Positions 47,431 to 59,888 are shown, numbered from the stretch's first letter. The stretch is 64,000 nt of DNA from an uncultured Clostridia bacterium (GCA_947630015.1 CANRFY010000003.1:61413-125412), one strand, 5' to 3'. Program-made: numbers and translations. The notes: generated by a model not told the origin, from the sequence alone.

Positions 47431-49329
47431 ATGACAAACAATGGCGATCTTTCATCCCACATTTATTACTTCCATCAGGGAACCGATTACCGCGCATACG
47501 AATTTCTCGGCGCGCACAAGACGAAGGACGGCTATGTGTTCCGCACATGGGCGCCGCGCGCCGACGAGATATACGTCGTCGGCGACTGGAACGGCTGGGA
47601 ACGAACCGATCCGATGAAAAGGATCAGCGAGGGCGGCGTCTGGGAGGCTTTGATTAAGGCGGATCACGATATCTCCTGTGAAAATTACAAATATCTCGTC
47701 GTCGGCGGGGACAGGGAAACATACAAGGCCGATCCCTACGCCGTCTATGACGAAACACTGATACATACGGCGTCGAAGGTATACGAGCTTCCCGCATACG
47801 AATGGCACGACGGCGAATGGATGACGGAACGCGGCCATACGGCATGGCGCGACGGCAAATTTTATCCATCGCCGATGAACGTATACGAGCTTCATCTCGG
47901 CTCATGGCGCACGCGCGACGGAAGATCGAACGTCGACGGCGACGCGTATCTCACGTACCGCGAGATCGCGGATCAGCTCGTCGAATATATGTGCGAGATG
48001 GGATACACGCACGTCGAGCTTCTCCCCGTCGCGGAGCATCCCTACGACGGCTCATGGGGATATCAGATCTGCGGATATTACGCGCCGACGTCGAGATACG
48101 GACGCCCCGAGGACTTCATGTACTTCGTCGATAAGCTGCATTCCTCCGGAATCGGCGTCATAATGGACTGGGTGCCGGCTCATTTTCCGAAGGACAGCCA
48201 CGGACTTTACGAATTCGACGGCCATCCCACATACGAATATCAGGGCAAGGACAGAATGGAGCATAAGGCGTGGGGGACGCGCTGCTTCGATCTCGGACGA
48301 AACGAGGTGCAGTGCTTCCTCATCTCGAACGCGCTTTACTGGCTGCGCCATTACCACATCGACGGACTGCGCGTCGACGCCGTGGCGTCGATGCTGTACC
48401 TCGACTACGACAGAGGACCGGGCGAATGGACGCCGAACGTGTACGGCGAGAATAAATCGCTCGAGGCGATGGCATTTCTGCGCAAGCTGAACGACACGAT
48501 CCATGCCGAATTCTCCGACGCGATGATGATCGCGGAGGAATCGACGGCATGGTACGGAGTTACAAAATCTCCCGAGATAGGCGGCCTCGGCTTCAACTTC
48601 AAATGGAACATGGGATGGGCGAACGATATGTTCGACTACGTCCAGTGCGATCCCGCGTTCCGCGGCGGATGCCACGGCAAGCTCACGTTCCCGATGATGT
48701 ACGCGTACTCGGAGAATTACATCCTGCCAGTATCGCACGACGAGGTCGTCCACGGCAAGAAATCGCTGCTCGATAAAATGTTCGGCTCATACGAGGAAAA
48801 ATTCGCCGGAATGCGCGCGTTCCTCGTCTATATGATGACGATGCCGGGCAAAAAGCTGATGTTCATGGGTCAGGAATTCGGCCAGTTCCGCGAATGGAAC
48901 TATGAAAATCAGCTCGAATGGTTCCTGCTCGATTACGGCACGCACCGTCATCTGTGCGATTTCACGGCGGCGATCAACCATCTGTATCTCGCGGTACCGG
49001 CGCTCTGGGAGGTCGACGACAGCTGGGACGGATTTGAATGGGTGCGCGTCGACGACGGCGATCACAACGTGATCGCATATAAGCGCCGCGATAAAAACGG
49101 CGGCGAGGTCTGGGTCGTCGTCAACTTCTCCGGCTCCGCGTGGGCGGATTACACGCTGCCCGTCAAGCGCTCCGGCACATACAGGATGCTGATCAACAGC
49201 GAGTGGCAGCGATTCGGCGGAACTGTCAGAAAGACGACGCTGACGGCGAGAAAGAACGCGATCTCGGGCGAATTCGAGGTCAAATTCGATCTGCCCGCAT
49301 TTTCAGGATTCATATTCGAGAAAAAATAA
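47431..49329 (+). CDS. glgB: 1,4-alpha-glucan branching enzyme
   Basis: FRTWAP, YELHLGSW, DWVPAHF, DGLRVDAVASM, AEEST, SHDEVVHGK. Confidence 0.96.
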   Translation: MTNNGDLSSHIYYFHQGTDYRAYEFLGAHKTKDGYVFRTWAPRADEIYVVGDWNGWERTDPMKRISEGGVWEALIKADHDISCENYKYLVVGGDRETYKADPYAVYDETLIHTASKVYELPAYEWHDGEWMTERGHTAWRDGKFYPSPMNVYELHLGSWRTRDGRSNVDGDAYLTYREIADQLVEYMCEMGYTHVELLPVAEHPYDGSWGYQICGYYAPTSRYGRPEDFMYFVDKLHSSGIGVIMDWVPAHFPKDSHGLYEFDGHPTYEYQGKDRMEHKAWGTRCFDLGRNEVQCFLISNALYWLRHYHIDGLRVDAVASMLYLDYDRGPGEWTPNVYGENKSLEAMAFLRKLNDTIHAEFSDAMMIAEESTAWYGVTKSPEIGGLGFNFKWNMGWANDMFDYVQCDPAFRGGCHGKLTFPMMYAYSENYILPVSHDEVVHGKKSLLDKMFGSYEEKFAGMRAFLVYMMTMPGKKLMFMGQEFGQFREWNYENQLEWFLLDYGTHRHLCDFTAAINHLYLAVPALWEVDDSWDGFEWVRVDDGDHNVIAYKRRDKNGGEVWVVVNFSGSAWADYTLPVKRSGTYRMLINSEWQRFGGTVRKTTLTARKNAISGEFEVKFDLPAFSGFIFEKK

Positions 49330-49419
49330 TATTCCCGCAAAGGGGCGGATAAACGAAAGCGGCGGAGGCGGCGCCTCTTGACGCATGACTCGGGAACGCT
49401 TTTGTAAACAGGAGGAAAT

Positions 49420-50613
<1,194 letters not shown>

Positions 50614-50677
50614 ACGCGAAATAAGCGTTCGGGCCTTCAATATTTCGGATTTATTTTGCGGCTGCCGCAAAGAAATG

Positions 50678-50706
50678 TTGACAACCGCATCAATATGCAG
50701 TATAAT
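50678..50706 (+). promoter_or_regulatory. Consensus SigA promoter between glgC and glgD
   Basis: TTGACA-17 nt-TATAAT, a perfect match. Confidence 0.85.
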
Positions 50707-50774
50707 TACACGTTAGTATGCTGCGGCTCGGACGCCACGACGTTTCAAAAACGAAATAAGGAGTGGAAGACGAT

Positions 50775-51908
50775 ATGTCAGCAACAGGAATCATATTTTC
50801 CAATATTCACGACGCGAATATACCGGACTTGACGCGTATGCGCACGCTTGCGTCCGTTCCGTTCGGATGCAGATACAGACTGATCGATTTCGCGCTCTCC
50901 AACATGGTCAACTCGGGGATAACGAACGTGAACGTGATCACGCATTACAATTATCACTCGCTGATGGATCATCTCGGAAGCGGCAAGGACTGGGATCTCG
51001 CCCGCGCGAGAGGCGGCATCAAGCTGCTGCCGCCGTTCGTCTCGGCGTTCGCGAACAACATGAACCAGCTCTACGAAACGCGTCTCGAGGCGCTCAAGAG
51101 CATACACCACGCGATACTGCATATCACGGACGATTACGTCGTGATGTCGGACTGCGACGTCATATGCAATATCGATTTAAACGACATCATAAACGATCAT
51201 ATCGCGCATAACGCCGATATAACGGTCGCGGTGAAGCACGTCAATCTGACGCAGGAGCAGGCGCGCATCTCGACGATATACACGTCGAACGCGGACGGCG
51301 AGATCACCGATTTGATGTCGTATCCGAGCGATTTCTCGGGCGAGGCGGACGTTTCGCTCAATATCCTCGTCATGAGCCGTCAGTATCTGACGACGATGGT
51401 ACTCGACGCGATTGCTCACAATTACGTCAGCATGAATCGCGACGTCATCCGCCGCAACATCGGTCACGCCAACTTCCGCGTTTACCGCTACGACGGATAT
51501 TTCGCCGTTATCTCCTCGCTTTCCGAATACTTCAAGCATTCGATGGAGCTGATCGCGCGCGACGACGTTCGCACAGAGCTGTTCGAGGAAAAGAACCGCC
51601 CGATCTATACGAAGATTCGCAATTCCGCGCCCGCGCAGTACATGGAGAACGCGAACGTCAAAAATTCGCTCGTCGCCGACGGCTGCGTGATCGAGGGCAG
51701 CGTGGAGAACAGCATACTGTTCCGCGGCGTCAAGATCGGGAAGAACACTGTCGTAAAGAATTCGATACTGTTCCAGGATACGTTCACGGGTCAGAACGTC
51801 TCGCTCAATTACGTGCTGACCGACAAGGACGTCGTCATCCGCGACGGCACGACGCTGTCCGGAGCCTCGACGATGCCGATCTACGTGGCAAAGGGAAAGA
51901 TGATATGA
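50775..51908 (+). CDS. glgD: Glucose-1-phosphate adenylyltransferase subunit GlgD
   Basis: LASVPFGCRYRLIDF, HLGSGKDWDL, NSLVADGC; follows glgC. Confidence 0.93.
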   Translation: MSATGIIFSNIHDANIPDLTRMRTLASVPFGCRYRLIDFALSNMVNSGITNVNVITHYNYHSLMDHLGSGKDWDLARARGGIKLLPPFVSAFANNMNQLYETRLEALKSIHHAILHITDDYVVMSDCDVICNIDLNDIINDHIAHNADITVAVKHVNLTQEQARISTIYTSNADGEITDLMSYPSDFSGEADVSLNILVMSRQYLTTMVLDAIAHNYVSMNRDVIRRNIGHANFRVYRYDGYFAVISSLSEYFKHSMELIARDDVRTELFEEKNRPIYTKIRNSAPAQYMENANVKNSLVADGCVIEGSVENSILFRGVKIGKNTVVKNSILFQDTFTGQNVSLNYVLTDKDVVIRDGTTLSGASTMPIYVAKGKMI

Positions 51909-51975
51909 TCCCGCGCCCGCGCGGCTGTAAAATGACAAATTATCTTTTTATAAATCACACACGGGAGGAAAAGCT

Positions 51976-53409
51976 ATGAAAGTTTTATATGCCGGTTCCG
52001 AAGCGGTGCCGTTCGCGGCTACCGGAGGACTTGGCGATGTTTTGGGATCGCTGCCGGCGGCGGTCAAAGCATCGTATCCCGATTCTGACATCAGAGTCGT
52101 TATACCGCTTTACGGCACTATGTCGCCGTCGCTCCGCTCCGAATTGCGGCTGATATACGAGACGCGCGTCAGACTTTCGTGGCGCGAGCAGTATTGCGGC
52201 ATTTTCGATTGTGTCAAAAACGACGTTACGTATTATCTTATAGACAACGAGTATTATTTCAAGCGTCAGTCGCTGTACGGCAGCTATGACGACGGCGAAC
52301 GCTTCGCGTTCTTCGGACGCGCAATACTCGATCTTATGTCGTGCCTCGACTTTTTCCCGGACGTTCTGCACTGCAACGATTGGCAGACGGCTGCCGCCGT
52401 CCTATATCTGCGCACGATGTATTCGGGCAGCGAGCGCTACCGCGCCGTGCGCACCGTATTCACGATACACAATATCGAATATCAGGGCGTGTTCGGCACG
52501 GAGATACTCGGCGACGTGTTCGGCCTTTCGCCGAACGTGCGCGGAGTCGTCGAATACGACGGCGACATCAACCTGACGAAGGGTGCGATCGTCTGCGCGG
52601 ACGCCGTAACGACTGTATCGCCGAAATATGCGCAGGAAATATGCGCCGAATTCTATTCGCACGGACTTTATCATGTCCTTCGCCTGTATCATGACAAGCT
52701 GTCGGGCATCATAAACGGCATCGACACCGATCTGTACGATCCGGATACCGATCCCGTTATCGCGAAGAATTACAACTGGCGCGCGTATTCGGGCAAGCGC
52801 GACTGCAAGGCCGCGCTCCAGGGCGAGCTTGGACTTCCCGTCGCCGCCGACGTCCCGATGATGGCGATGATAACGCGTCTTGTAAAGCACAAGGGACTCG
52901 ATCTCGTGCGCCGCGTTATCGAGGAATATCTGTACGACAACGTGCAGTTCGTGCTTCTCGGCACGGGAGATTCCGAATACGAGGATTATTTCGCGTATCT
53001 CGCGCGCAAATATCCCGATAAGGTCAAAACGCTGCTCCAGTTCAACAAGGATCTGTCCCGCCGCATCTATGCCGGCGCAGATATGTTCCTGATGCCGTCG
53101 CAGAGCGAGCCGTGCGGGCTGTCGCAGATGATAGCGTCCCGCTACGGAACTGTTCCGATAGTGCGCGAAACGGGCGGACTCTACGATACGATCAAACCGT
53201 ACAACGAGTACACGAACGAGGGCAACGGCTTCACATTCACGAATTATAATGCGCACGATATGCTGTATACGATGCGCTATGCCACGAGCATATATCGCGA
53301 CAAAAAGCGCTGGGTATCGCTGATGCGCCGCGCGATGAGATGCGATTTCTCGTGGGCGCGCTCGGCTGCGGAATATATGGCGCTTTATGAGAAAATAACA
53401 CAATACTGA
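51976..53409 (+). CDS. glgA: Glycogen synthase
   Basis: TGGLGDV, HCNDWQT, FTIHN, PSQSEPCGLSQM, TGGLYDT. Confidence 0.96.
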   Translation: MKVLYAGSEAVPFAATGGLGDVLGSLPAAVKASYPDSDIRVVIPLYGTMSPSLRSELRLIYETRVRLSWREQYCGIFDCVKNDVTYYLIDNEYYFKRQSLYGSYDDGERFAFFGRAILDLMSCLDFFPDVLHCNDWQTAAAVLYLRTMYSGSERYRAVRTVFTIHNIEYQGVFGTEILGDVFGLSPNVRGVVEYDGDINLTKGAIVCADAVTTVSPKYAQEICAEFYSHGLYHVLRLYHDKLSGIINGIDTDLYDPDTDPVIAKNYNWRAYSGKRDCKAALQGELGLPVAADVPMMAMITRLVKHKGLDLVRRVIEEYLYDNVQFVLLGTGDSEYEDYFAYLARKYPDKVKTLLQFNKDLSRRIYAGADMFLMPSQSEPCGLSQMIASRYGTVPIVRETGGLYDTIKPYNEYTNEGNGFTFTNYNAHDMLYTMRYATSIYRDKKRWVSLMRRAMRCDFSWARSAAEYMALYEKITQY

Positions 53410-53441
53410 AAAACGAATCCCCGAAAGGAAAAAACTCATTT

Positions 53442-55868
53442 ATGGCCACTCAGGTAAGTGAAAAAATGATCCGCGAGGAGCTTGAAAGGAAGCTGTCGCA
53501 GTATTTCAATACTACGACTGAAACGGCTACGAAGGATCAGATCTACAAGGCGACTGTCATGACCGTTAAGGACAGACTGACGTCGATGCGCGCCGAGTAC
53601 AAAAAGGATATCAAAAAGGTGCGCGGCAAACGAATCGTTTATCTCTGCATGGAATTTCTTCTCGGCCGTCAGCTGAAGAACAATCTGTGCAATCTCGGCC
53701 TCGACGGCGTCTACAAAAAGACGCTTGCCGGCCTCGGCGTAGACATCGAGGACCTCTACGAGCTTGAACCCGATCCGTCGCTCGGAAACGGCGGCCTCGG
53801 CAGACTCGCGGCCTGCTTCATGGATTCGCTGTCCTCGCTCGGCTACTGCGCGAACGGATACTCGCTCTGCTACGAGTACGGTCTGTTCAAGCAGAAAATC
53901 GTGGACGGCCAGCAGATCGAGCTGCCGGACGAATGGCTGCCGAACGGCGAATGCTGGCTCGTTCCGCGCACGGATAAGCACATCACAGTCAAATTTGACG
54001 GTCACGTCAACGAGACATGGCACGACGGCAAATGCGACACGATGCTTGAAAATTACACCGAGGTCCAGGCAGTCCCGTATGATCTCATGATCTCGGGCGC
54101 GGACAGCAAGGCGGTCAATACGCTCCGTCTGTGGCGCGCGCGCGGCATGAATCAGCAGTTCAACATGAACCTGTTCTCGCAGGGCGATTATATCCGCGCG
54201 ATGCAGCAGAACACGAACGCGGAGATAATCACGAAGGTGCTTTATCCGTCCGACGAGCATACGGAGGGCAAGCTTCTGCGCCTGACGCAGCAATATTTCC
54301 TCGTATCGGCGTCGCTGCAATCCGTGTTCCTCGATCATCTGTCGATGTACGGCACGCTCGGCAATTTCGCCGACAAGGTCGCGATCCACATCAACGACAC
54401 TCATCCGGCGCTCGTGGTGCCGGAGCTGATGCGCATACTCATGGATACGTACTCGTATTCGTGGGACGACGCATGGGATATCGTCACAAAGACGATCTCG
54501 TACACGAACCATACTGTTATGCCCGAAGCGCTCGAAACATGGAGCGAGGAGCTTTTCCGCATAAAGCTGCCGCGCATCCATTCGATCGTATGTGAGATCA
54601 ACCGCCGCTTCTGCGCCGATCTCTGGAACGCATACCCCGGCGACTGGGGACGCATTTCCCGCATGAGCATCGTCGGTTACGGTCAGGTCAGAATGGCGAA
54701 CCTCTCCGTCGTCGCGTCGCATAAGGTCAACGGCGTATCCGCGCTCCATTCGCAGATACTGAAGGACACCGTTTTCCACGACTATTATAAGTACACGCCC
54801 GATAAATTCACGAACGTCACAAACGGCATCGCGCACAGACGCTGGCTCTGCTATTCAAATCCCGGACTTGCGCGCCTGCTCGACGAGAAAATCGGCAAGG
54901 AGTACAGACACAATTCGATAGCGCTCAACGATTTTGCCGATCACGCCGAGGAGAGCGACACGCATATCCGCCTCGAAAAGATCAAGCAGGACAACAAAAA
55001 GCGCTTTGCGAAATATTATCGCAAGCTGACGGGCATTTCGCTCGATACGGACAGCATCTTCGATATTCAGGCAAAGCGCATACACGAATACAAGCGCCAG
55101 CTGTTGAATGTATTGAAGATCATCACATTCTATAACGAGCTGAAGGAGAATCCGAACTCCGATCTGCCGCCGCAGACGTTCATCTTCGGCGGAAAGGCCG
55201 CTCCCGGGTACTATATCGCGAAGAATTTCATCGATCTCATCTGGCACATCAGCGCCGATATCGAATCCGATCCGCGCCTGCGCGAGAGGATCAGAGTCGT
55301 ATTCCTCGAGGATTATAAGGTATCCGCGGCGGAGCTTTTGATGCCCGCGTCCGACATAAGCGAACAGATCTCGCTCGCCGGCAAGGAGGCGAGCGGCACG
55401 GGCTGCATGAAGTTCATGATCAACGGCGCGCTCACGGTCGGAACGCTCGATGGCGCAAACGTCGAGATGGCGGAGGCAGTCGGCGACGACAATATCTATA
55501 TCTTCGGTCTGCACACGGACGAGGTCGACGAGCTTTGGCGCAACGGCTATGAAGCGATAAAGTATTATCACTCGAACGACAGGCTCCGCTGCGCTGTCGA
55601 CAGACTGTCCGCCGGCTTCAACGGCAAATCGTTCTCTAATATCAGACAGTACCTGCTGCTTGGCCACGGCGTCGCCGATCCGTATATGTGTCTCGCCGAC
55701 TACGATTCGTATATGGCGACATACGAGCGCGCGCTCGCCGATTACGCCAACAAGGACGAATGGTACAAGAAATCCGCGTATAATATCGCCGGCGCGGGAT
55801 ATTTCTCCGCAGACCGCAGCATAAAGGAATATGCGGACAAAATTTGGAACATGAAGAGCATCTATTGA
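53442..55868 (+). CDS. glgP: Glycogen/starch phosphorylase
   Basis: GNGGLGRLAACF, HINDTHP, KRIHEYKRQ, EASGTGCMKF, DGANVE. Confidence 0.96.
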   Translation: MATQVSEKMIREELERKLSQYFNTTTETATKDQIYKATVMTVKDRLTSMRAEYKKDIKKVRGKRIVYLCMEFLLGRQLKNNLCNLGLDGVYKKTLAGLGVDIEDLYELEPDPSLGNGGLGRLAACFMDSLSSLGYCANGYSLCYEYGLFKQKIVDGQQIELPDEWLPNGECWLVPRTDKHITVKFDGHVNETWHDGKCDTMLENYTEVQAVPYDLMISGADSKAVNTLRLWRARGMNQQFNMNLFSQGDYIRAMQQNTNAEIITKVLYPSDEHTEGKLLRLTQQYFLVSASLQSVFLDHLSMYGTLGNFADKVAIHINDTHPALVVPELMRILMDTYSYSWDDAWDIVTKTISYTNHTVMPEALETWSEELFRIKLPRIHSIVCEINRRFCADLWNAYPGDWGRISRMSIVGYGQVRMANLSVVASHKVNGVSALHSQILKDTVFHDYYKYTPDKFTNVTNGIAHRRWLCYSNPGLARLLDEKIGKEYRHNSIALNDFADHAEESDTHIRLEKIKQDNKKRFAKYYRKLTGISLDTDSIFDIQAKRIHEYKRQLLNVLKIITFYNELKENPNSDLPPQTFIFGGKAAPGYYIAKNFIDLIWHISADIESDPRLRERIRVVFLEDYKVSAAELLMPASDISEQISLAGKEASGTGCMKFMINGALTVGTLDGANVEMAEAVGDDNIYIFGLHTDEVDELWRNGYEAIKYYHSNDRLRCAVDRLSAGFNGKSFSNIRQYLLLGHGVADPYMCLADYDSYMATYERALADYANKDEWYKKSAYNIAGAGYFSADRSIKEYADKIWNMKSIY

Positions 55869-55937
55869 TCCGCGTCGTCAAAAAACCGCATACAATAGAA
55901 AACGATTCAACTGACCAAGCTGACGAAACGAGGACCC

Positions 55938-55962
55938 GCGGGGGCGCATACCGCGCCCCCGC
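55938..55962. repeat. GC-rich intergenic hairpin
   Basis: GCGGGGGCGC-ATACC-GCGCCCCCGC, 9 nt before the GH13 ATG. Confidence 0.75.
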
Positions 55963-55971
55963 AATAACGAC

Positions 55972-57981
55972 ATGAGCGAATACATTGTAGTCCCGCCGTA
56001 TCACCGTCCCACGCTTGAACGGTATATAGTAGGCGACGACGGCGGGATGACATATACGGATCACGGCGCGTTCGACAGGAGTCTGACCGTGCGCTATGAG
56101 CTGCGCCTGCCGCGCGCAGTTATGCCTAAAAACGCGGTAATGTATATCTGGCATGAATCCGGCGGGGAAGCGAAAAGATTTGAAATGCCGCGAGTGCGCC
56201 TCGAGCGCGACGCGGACCTTTTTGCTGTCACGATTTCGATGGCGGAGCTGACGGACTCGTTCTCGATGAGGACGGGACTGTTCTATTATGCGTTTGATTT
56301 CGATTCCCGCGACGGACTGCGCTATATAAGACAGTCGAGGATCGGCCTGCCCGAGCTGCGCGGCGACGATTTCTCCGACGGCGCGTTCGCGCTCACGGTG
56401 TACGAGCGCAGATATCCCGCGCCCGAGTCGTGGTACGGCGGCATTATATATCACGTATTTGTCGACAGATTCAAGTCGTCGGGAAAATGCGCGCCCAAGC
56501 CGTATGCGAAGATGGAGCCGGACTGGTACGGGGGGATCAGGGAATTTCCCGAATACCCGGGAGCGCCGCTCTCGAACGAATCGTTTTTCGGCGGCGATCT
56601 ATACGGCATACGCGAAAAGTTAGACTATATCCAATCGCTGGGCGTGACGTGCATCTATCTGTCGCCGATATTTGACGCGCATTCAAATCACAAATACGAC
56701 ACCGGCAACTACGAACACGTCGACTCGATGTTCGGCGGCAAGCGCGCGCTCGACGCGCTGATAAAATCAGCCGCGAAGCGCGGGATGCGCGTCATCCTCG
56801 ACGGCGTTTTCAACCACACCGGCGACGACAGCAAATATTTCAACAGATACGGCAACTACACAGGCCCGGGCGCGTACAATTCCGATAAGTCGAAATACTA
56901 TAAGTGGTTCAACTTCTTCGATTATCCCGACGAATACGAGTCGTGGTGGGGGATAAAGATTCTCCCGCGCGTCAACAGCGCCGATCCGTCCTATATCGAC
57001 TACATTTCGGGCAAGGGCGGCATCATCGACAAATACACGTCCGCGGGGGTGTCGGGATGGCGTCTCGACGTCGTTGACGAGCTGTCGGACGAATTCGTCG
57101 ATAAGCTCGCGGCGCGGGCGCACGACGCGTCGGCGTCGGACGACCCGCTCATCATCGGCGAGGTATGGGAGGACGCGTCCTGCAAGATCGCATACGGCCG
57201 CCGCCGCCGCTATTTCCTCGGCGATCAGCTCGATTCGGTGATGAATTATCCGATGCGGTCGGCGATAATCACGTTCGTCGCGTACCGCGACGAAACGATA
57301 CTGATGCGGTCGCTTCTGAAAATGTGGGAGCATTATCCGCCGGAGGTGTGCCACGCGGTCATGAATCTGCTCGGCACGCACGACACGATCCGCATTATAA
57401 CGGCGCTGGCGGGCGATTCGCCGGACGGATACACGAACGCGGAGCTTGCCGTCAAGCGGATGACGCCGGAGCAGTATGCGCGCGGGGTGCGTCTTGTCGA
57501 GCTTGCGTACATGATAAACGCGACGATACCGGGCATCCCGTCGATATATTACGGCGACGAGGCCGGCGTCGAGGGCTATTCCGATCCGTTCAACAGACTT
57601 CCGTTCCCGTGGGGACGTGAGGACAAGGAACTGTTGTCGTTCTACCGCAGGATCGGCGCGCTCAGACGCGATTTCGGCGTATACAAAAACGGCGAGCTGT
57701 TCATATGCTGGTTCTATATCGTCGGCTTCATGATGTTCGGCCGCGGCGACGGCGAGCATACGCTTTATACGGCGGTCAACCGCAGCGACAGCGTCATAAT
57801 CGTCACGACGACGGACGTGGGCGGGGAAGTCCTCGTCGCCGCCGGCGACATCGATAAAAATGATGACGGCTTCATCATCCCGCCCATGTCGGGCGCAGTC
57901 ATAAAGCTGTCGGCAAATTCGGCCGTGAGCGCCGAATGCGTCGAGGAGGAAACGCCTGAATCAAAGGAACCGGAATTTTGA
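55972..57981 (+). CDS. GH13 glycoside hydrolase (neopullulanase/amylopullulanase-like)
   Basis: DGVFNH, GWRLDVVDEL, IGEVWEDA, NLLGTHDT; catalytic D/E/D intact. Confidence 0.9.
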   Translation: MSEYIVVPPYHRPTLERYIVGDDGGMTYTDHGAFDRSLTVRYELRLPRAVMPKNAVMYIWHESGGEAKRFEMPRVRLERDADLFAVTISMAELTDSFSMRTGLFYYAFDFDSRDGLRYIRQSRIGLPELRGDDFSDGAFALTVYERRYPAPESWYGGIIYHVFVDRFKSSGKCAPKPYAKMEPDWYGGIREFPEYPGAPLSNESFFGGDLYGIREKLDYIQSLGVTCIYLSPIFDAHSNHKYDTGNYEHVDSMFGGKRALDALIKSAAKRGMRVILDGVFNHTGDDSKYFNRYGNYTGPGAYNSDKSKYYKWFNFFDYPDEYESWWGIKILPRVNSADPSYIDYISGKGGIIDKYTSAGVSGWRLDVVDELSDEFVDKLAARAHDASASDDPLIIGEVWEDASCKIAYGRRRRYFLGDQLDSVMNYPMRSAIITFVAYRDETILMRSLLKMWEHYPPEVCHAVMNLLGTHDTIRIITALAGDSPDGYTNAELAVKRMTPEQYARGVRLVELAYMINATIPGIPSIYYGDEAGVEGYSDPFNRLPFPWGREDKELLSFYRRIGALRRDFGVYKNGELFICWFYIVGFMMFGRGDGEHTLYTAVNRSDSVIIVTTTDVGGEVLVAAGDIDKNDDGFIIPPMSGAVIKLSANSAVSAECVEEETPESKEPEF

Positions 57982-57983
57982 AT

Positions 57984-58020
57984 CAAAGCGGCGTCGGTGA
58001 GCTTCACCGACGCCGCTTTG
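57984..58020. terminator. Perfect 17-bp hairpin just after the GH13 stop
   Basis: CAAAGCGGCGTCGGTGA-GCT-TCACCGACGCCGCTTTG. Confidence 0.7.
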
Positions 58021-58095
58021 GCTTGCCTGCGAATTGTCATGGATCGCCCCGAGCCATGTCTTGCTGCCTCGCTTTTGCGACGCCGAGCCGGCAAT

Positions 58096-58134
58096 AAAAA
58101 TACACGGGAGAGCGCTTTGCTCTCCCGTGTTTTT
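58096..58134. terminator. Bidirectional intrinsic terminator
   Basis: AAAAATACACGGGAGAGC-GCTTT-GCTCTCCCGTGTTTTT between convergent genes. Confidence 0.8.
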
Positions 58135-58161
58135 GATGTTGATCAGTCGAGACCGCCGCGA

Positions 58162-59775
58162 TCACAGGCATTCGGTCGCGGCCTTTTCGACGGGAAGTCC
58201 CGCGCGGTAGCGCTCGATGAAGCGCGTGAAGCCCTCGACATCCTTCGGATTCGGTTCGAGCGTCGTGCCTTCCTCGCCGACGAACACCTTGTTCGCAAGA
58301 TAATCCTCGAGTGTTTCGCCCTCGTCTTTGTTGACGAGATATGACGCGAGCAGCGCCATGCCCCACGGGCCGCCCTCTCCCGCCGTCTTCATGACGGAAA
58401 CGGGCGAATTGATCGCCGCCGCGAGATAGCTCTGGCCGACGCGCTCCGTCTTGAACAGACCGCCGTGGCCGTACATCATATCGACCTTGACGCCCTCCTC
58501 CTCAAAGAGGATGTCAAGCCCGATCTTGAGCGCTCCGAGCGTCGAGAACAGCACTGTGCGCGTGAAGTTGGCGAGATTGAATCTGCTGTCGGGCGTGCGG
58601 ACGAAGAGCGGACGTCCCGTATCCATGCCGGTGACGTTTTCGCCCGAGATGTAGCCGTAGGACATGAGTCCGCCGCAGTCGGCGTCGCCCTCTTCCGATT
58701 TGAAGTAGAAGATGTCGTAGAGCTTCCACTTCGGGATATCGCATCCGGCCTCGTGCAGCACTTCGGCGAACATATCGACCCAGCCGTTGAGATCGGAGGT
58801 GCAGTTGTTGCAATGTACCATCGCGACGAGCTTGCCGGTCGGCGTCGTTACGATGTCGATCTCGGGATAATATCCCTTGAGCGGACGTTCAAGCACGATC
58901 ATGGCGAATACGGACGTTCCGGCGGAGGTATTGCCCGTGCGCGGAGCGACGCTGTTCGTCGCCGTCATGCCCGTTCCGGCGTCGCCCTCCGGCGGAGCCA
59001 GCGGTATACCGGCCTCGAGATTGCCGGACGGATCGAGCAGCTTCGCGCCCGTCGTCGTCAGCACGCCCGCATATTCGCCCGCCATGACCGCCTTCGGCAG
59101 TATGTCGGCGAGCTTCCACGGATAATGCTTATCCTCGATCATATCGTCGAATTTCTTTATCAGCCATTCGTCGTAATCGTTCGTCGCCTGATCGATGGGG
59201 AAGACGCCGGAGGCGTCGCCGATGCCGAGAACGCGTTCGCCCGTCAGCTTCCAATGGATGTAGCCCGCGAGCGTCGTCATGAAGCGTATGTCGCCGACGT
59301 GCGGCTCGCCGTTCAGGATCGCCTGATAAAGATGCGAGATGCTCCAGCGCTGCGGGATGTTGAAATGGAACTTTTCGGAGAGTATTTCGGACGCTTCGCC
59401 CGTGATCGAGTTGCGCCATGTGCGGAACGGCACGAGCATTTCGCCCGCCTCGTTGAATACGAGATAGCCGTGCATCATAGCGGAGAATCCGATAGCGCCG
59501 ACGCGCTTCAGCGTGACGCCGAATTTATCCTTGACGGCGGCCGCGAGCTTTGCATAGCTGTCGCGGACGCCTTCCCAGATCGCCTCTTCGCTGTAAGTCC
59601 ATATTCCGTTTTCGAGCTGGTTTTCCCAGTCGTGTGAGCCTGAAACGATCGGCGTGAAATCCTCGCCGATGAGAACGGATTTGATGCGCGTCGAGCCAAG
59701 CTCGATGCCGATCACGGTCTTGCCGCTCTCTATTGCCCTTTTGATTTCGTTATTTTCCACGTATGTATCCTCCAT
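58162..59775 (-). CDS. FGGY family carbohydrate kinase (AraK/AraB-like L-ribulokinase type)
   Basis: [62 protein letters not shown]. Confidence 0.85.
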   Translation of the reverse strand: MEDTYVENNEIKRAIESGKTVIGIELGSTRIKSVLIGEDFTPIVSGSHDWENQLENGIWTYSEEAIWEGVRDSYAKLAAAVKDKFGVTLKRVGAIGFSAMMHGYLVFNEAGEMLVPFRTWRNSITGEASEILSEKFHFNIPQRWSISHLYQAILNGEPHVGDIRFMTTLAGYIHWKLTGERVLGIGDASGVFPIDQATNDYDEWLIKKFDDMIEDKHYPWKLADILPKAVMAGEYAGVLTTTGAKLLDPSGNLEAGIPLAPPEGDAGTGMTATNSVAPRTGNTSAGTSVFAMIVLERPLKGYYPEIDIVTTPTGKLVAMVHCNNCTSDLNGWVDMFAEVLHEAGCDIPKWKLYDIFYFKSEEGDADCGGLMSYGYISGENVTGMDTGRPLFVRTPDSRFNLANFTRTVLFSTLGALKIGLDILFEEEGVKVDMMYGHGGLFKTERVGQSYLAAAINSPVSVMKTAGEGGPWGMALLASYLVNKDEGETLEDYLANKVFVGEEGTTLEPNPKDVEGFTRFIERYRAGLPVEKAATECL

Positions 59776-59804
59776 ATCCCGCAAAACGCGGCTATTCTAT
59801 TATA

Positions 59805-59833
59805 ATCATACTATAAAAACTGCATGATTGCAA
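59805..59833 (-). promoter_or_regulatory. SigA-type promoter of the FGGY kinase
   Basis: Minus strand TTGCAA-17 nt-TATGAT. Confidence 0.65.
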
Positions 59834-59888
59834 GAGTAGCGCGGATATTATTTTGTAAAATCTGTACATTTTTTGCTCGGCAAAAAGA

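Noticed and set aside
59850-59875. AraR box upstream of the FGGY kinase (ATCTGTACATTTT)
   Set aside because: Only a half-site match to ATTTGTACGTACAAAT.
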